The notes beneath the pieces are model-generated. The model was not told the origin of the DNA, ran no database searches, and saw nothing but the letters and a program-made list of their open reading frames with translations. The position numbers were made by a program, and so were the translations under genes. From contig JBHHYO010000055.1 in the NCBI GenBank assembly GCA_046757665.1, forward strand, positions 1 to 17,832: a stretch of 17,832 nt of DNA, written 5' to 3'. The stretch is from Nitrospinales bacterium. Lineage in GTDB: Bacteria > Nitrospinota > Nitrospinia > Nitrospinales > JAJDAT01. Positions 16,947 to 17,832 of this stretch are shown piece by piece; position 1 is the first letter of the stretch, and each line of letters opens with the position of its first letter.

Positions 16947-17177
16947 TGAAATTTATAAAAATCGGTGGTGGATTCAACTCGCAAGTGCAACAGTTAATAA
17001 ACATTTCTTTTTGAAGAATAGCTCATAGGGTGGTTTAAAGCGCATAAACTCGGGGAAAGCGAGTGCATTCCTGTACATGGATTAGAAAGGAAGGCGTGTT
17101 GCGTCGACAATAGCTGACGGGGATATCAGGGTTTGTGAATTTTATTTAAATTGTGAAGGATTGATAATTTTTCACCC

Positions 17178-17211
17178 AAGGGAACGAAGCTTGACCTCTC
17201 GTTCCCTTTTT
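17178..17211 (+). terminator. intrinsic-terminator-like hairpin directly before the tape measure RBS
   Basis: AAGGGAACGA / TCGTTCCCTT perfect 10-bp stem with a T5 run (17207-17211), then AGAGG at 17216-17220. Confidence 0.65.
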
Positions 17212-17225
17212 CATTAGAGGCAGTT

Positions 17226-17832
17226 ATGAGAGAGATAAAAGCCGATCTGGCGGTGGGTCTGAAAGACGAAACATCCCAGGGTGTTACAGCTCTGCAGGAT
17301 AATTTAAAAAAGGCCTTGAATGAGGTCTTTAAAGCATTTGAGGAGGTGAATAAGGCCGCCGATGGGTCGGGAAAAGTCTCCAAAGAGGTATTGGAAGAGC
17401 TGGGCAAGGGTTTGGAAGACCTCGCGCAAGCATTTGAATCCAGTTCAAGGAAAATAACTGACATCAATCAGGAAACTTTTGTGGGTCTCGGCAGGACCTT
17501 CGAAGAACTGGAAGACACCTTCGTAAAAACCGCCAAAGCCTTCCCCAATACGTTTGTCGAAGGATTTGAGGAAAAGCTTAATGAAATAAATACCACTTTT
17601 GAAACCATAGAAAATTTTGGCAGAAGCACTGCCCGTGACCTCAATAAGGACTTCAACAGTTTTTTCAATAAAGGTTTTAAAACGGGCACGTTTTCCATGG
17701 GTGAGTTGTGGAAGGACGTTCTCAATAATATGAAGAACAACTTTTTCGATGCCTTGTCCGCGATGGCGGCGAGGCTAGCGACGTCGGCGATTTTCAAGGC
17801 GTTCCAGGGCGGCTTGAACGTTCTCGGTTTCA
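17226..17832 (+). CDS. tape-measure-like protein, N-terminal 202 aa (runs off window, not in ORF track)
   Basis: Open frame from ATG 17226: MREIKADLAVGLKDETSQGVTALQDNLKKALNEVFKAFEE...FKTGTFSMGELWKDVLNNMKNNFFDALSAMAARLATSAIF. Amphipathic helical, follows the chaperone pair, RBS AGAGG. Confidence 0.75.
   Translation, partial: MREIKADLAVGLKDETSQGVTALQDNLKKALNEVFKAFEEVNKAADGSGKVSKEVLEELGKGLEDLAQAFESSSRKITDINQETFVGLGRTFEELEDTFVKTAKAFPNTFVEGFEEKLNEINTTFETIENFGRSTARDLNKDFNSFFNKGFKTGTFSMGELWKDVLNNMKNNFFDALSAMAARLATSAIFKAFQGGLNVLGF

Larger units (their letters stand above)
5203..17832 (+). mobile_element. phage-derived head/tail structural gene cluster (GTA-like element or rearranged prophage), continues beyond window
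   Basis: Co-oriented portal, scaffold, coat, holins, tail chaperones, tape measure and tail-tip/fibre genes. No integrase, terminase or replication genes are visible in the window. Confidence 0.85.

Noticed and set aside
16946-17014. 22-codon ORF (MKFIKIGGG...) overlapping the mini-gene stop
   Set aside because: Too short, with no recognisable features.
17040-17130. Possible riboswitch/ncRNA (ACTCG-gggaaag-CGAGT hairpin, c-di-GMP-I-like look)
   Set aside because: Lacks the GACGCAAA junction and a convincing second stem. An Rfam/Infernal scan would be needed to support it.
5203-17832. Tailocin, contractile injection system or encapsulin interpretation
   Set aside because: No sheath or baseplate wedge genes are visible, and portal, scaffold and coat genes indicate a DNA-packaging head.
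1-17832. CRISPR array, DGR or transposase
   Set aside because: No regularly spaced direct repeats, reverse transcriptase or transposase-like ORF noticed by eye.

Overview
The left 5.1 kb is ordinary host chromosome: the 5' end of a tRNA (Gln-like) and ispE on the minus strand, then two divergently transcribed GT-C (ArnT/PMT-like) membrane glycosyltransferases, the second with a C-terminal LmeA/DUF2993-like domain. Only 100 bp further on, with no integrase, att site, repressor or replication genes at the junction, a co-oriented cluster of tailed-phage structural genes begins and runs off the right edge. Its order is: virion morphogenesis protein, two tail-tip-like proteins, tail fibre with a discoidin domain, small unknown protein, portal, holin, scaffold, P22-type coat protein, second small holin, small lipoprotein, Rho-N-like protein, tail assembly chaperone pair with an intact lambda-type GGGAAAG -1 frameshift site, an AT-rich inserted mini-gene, and a tape-measure-like protein. 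The order is strongly shuffled relative to normal siphophages, the ORFs look intact with good RBSs, and terminator-like hairpins sit directly in front of several key genes. These traits fit a domesticated phage-derived particle system (gene-transfer-agent-like) at least as well as a normal prophage. All family calls are by-eye motif recognition; no searches were run, and the right part of the cluster is outside the window.
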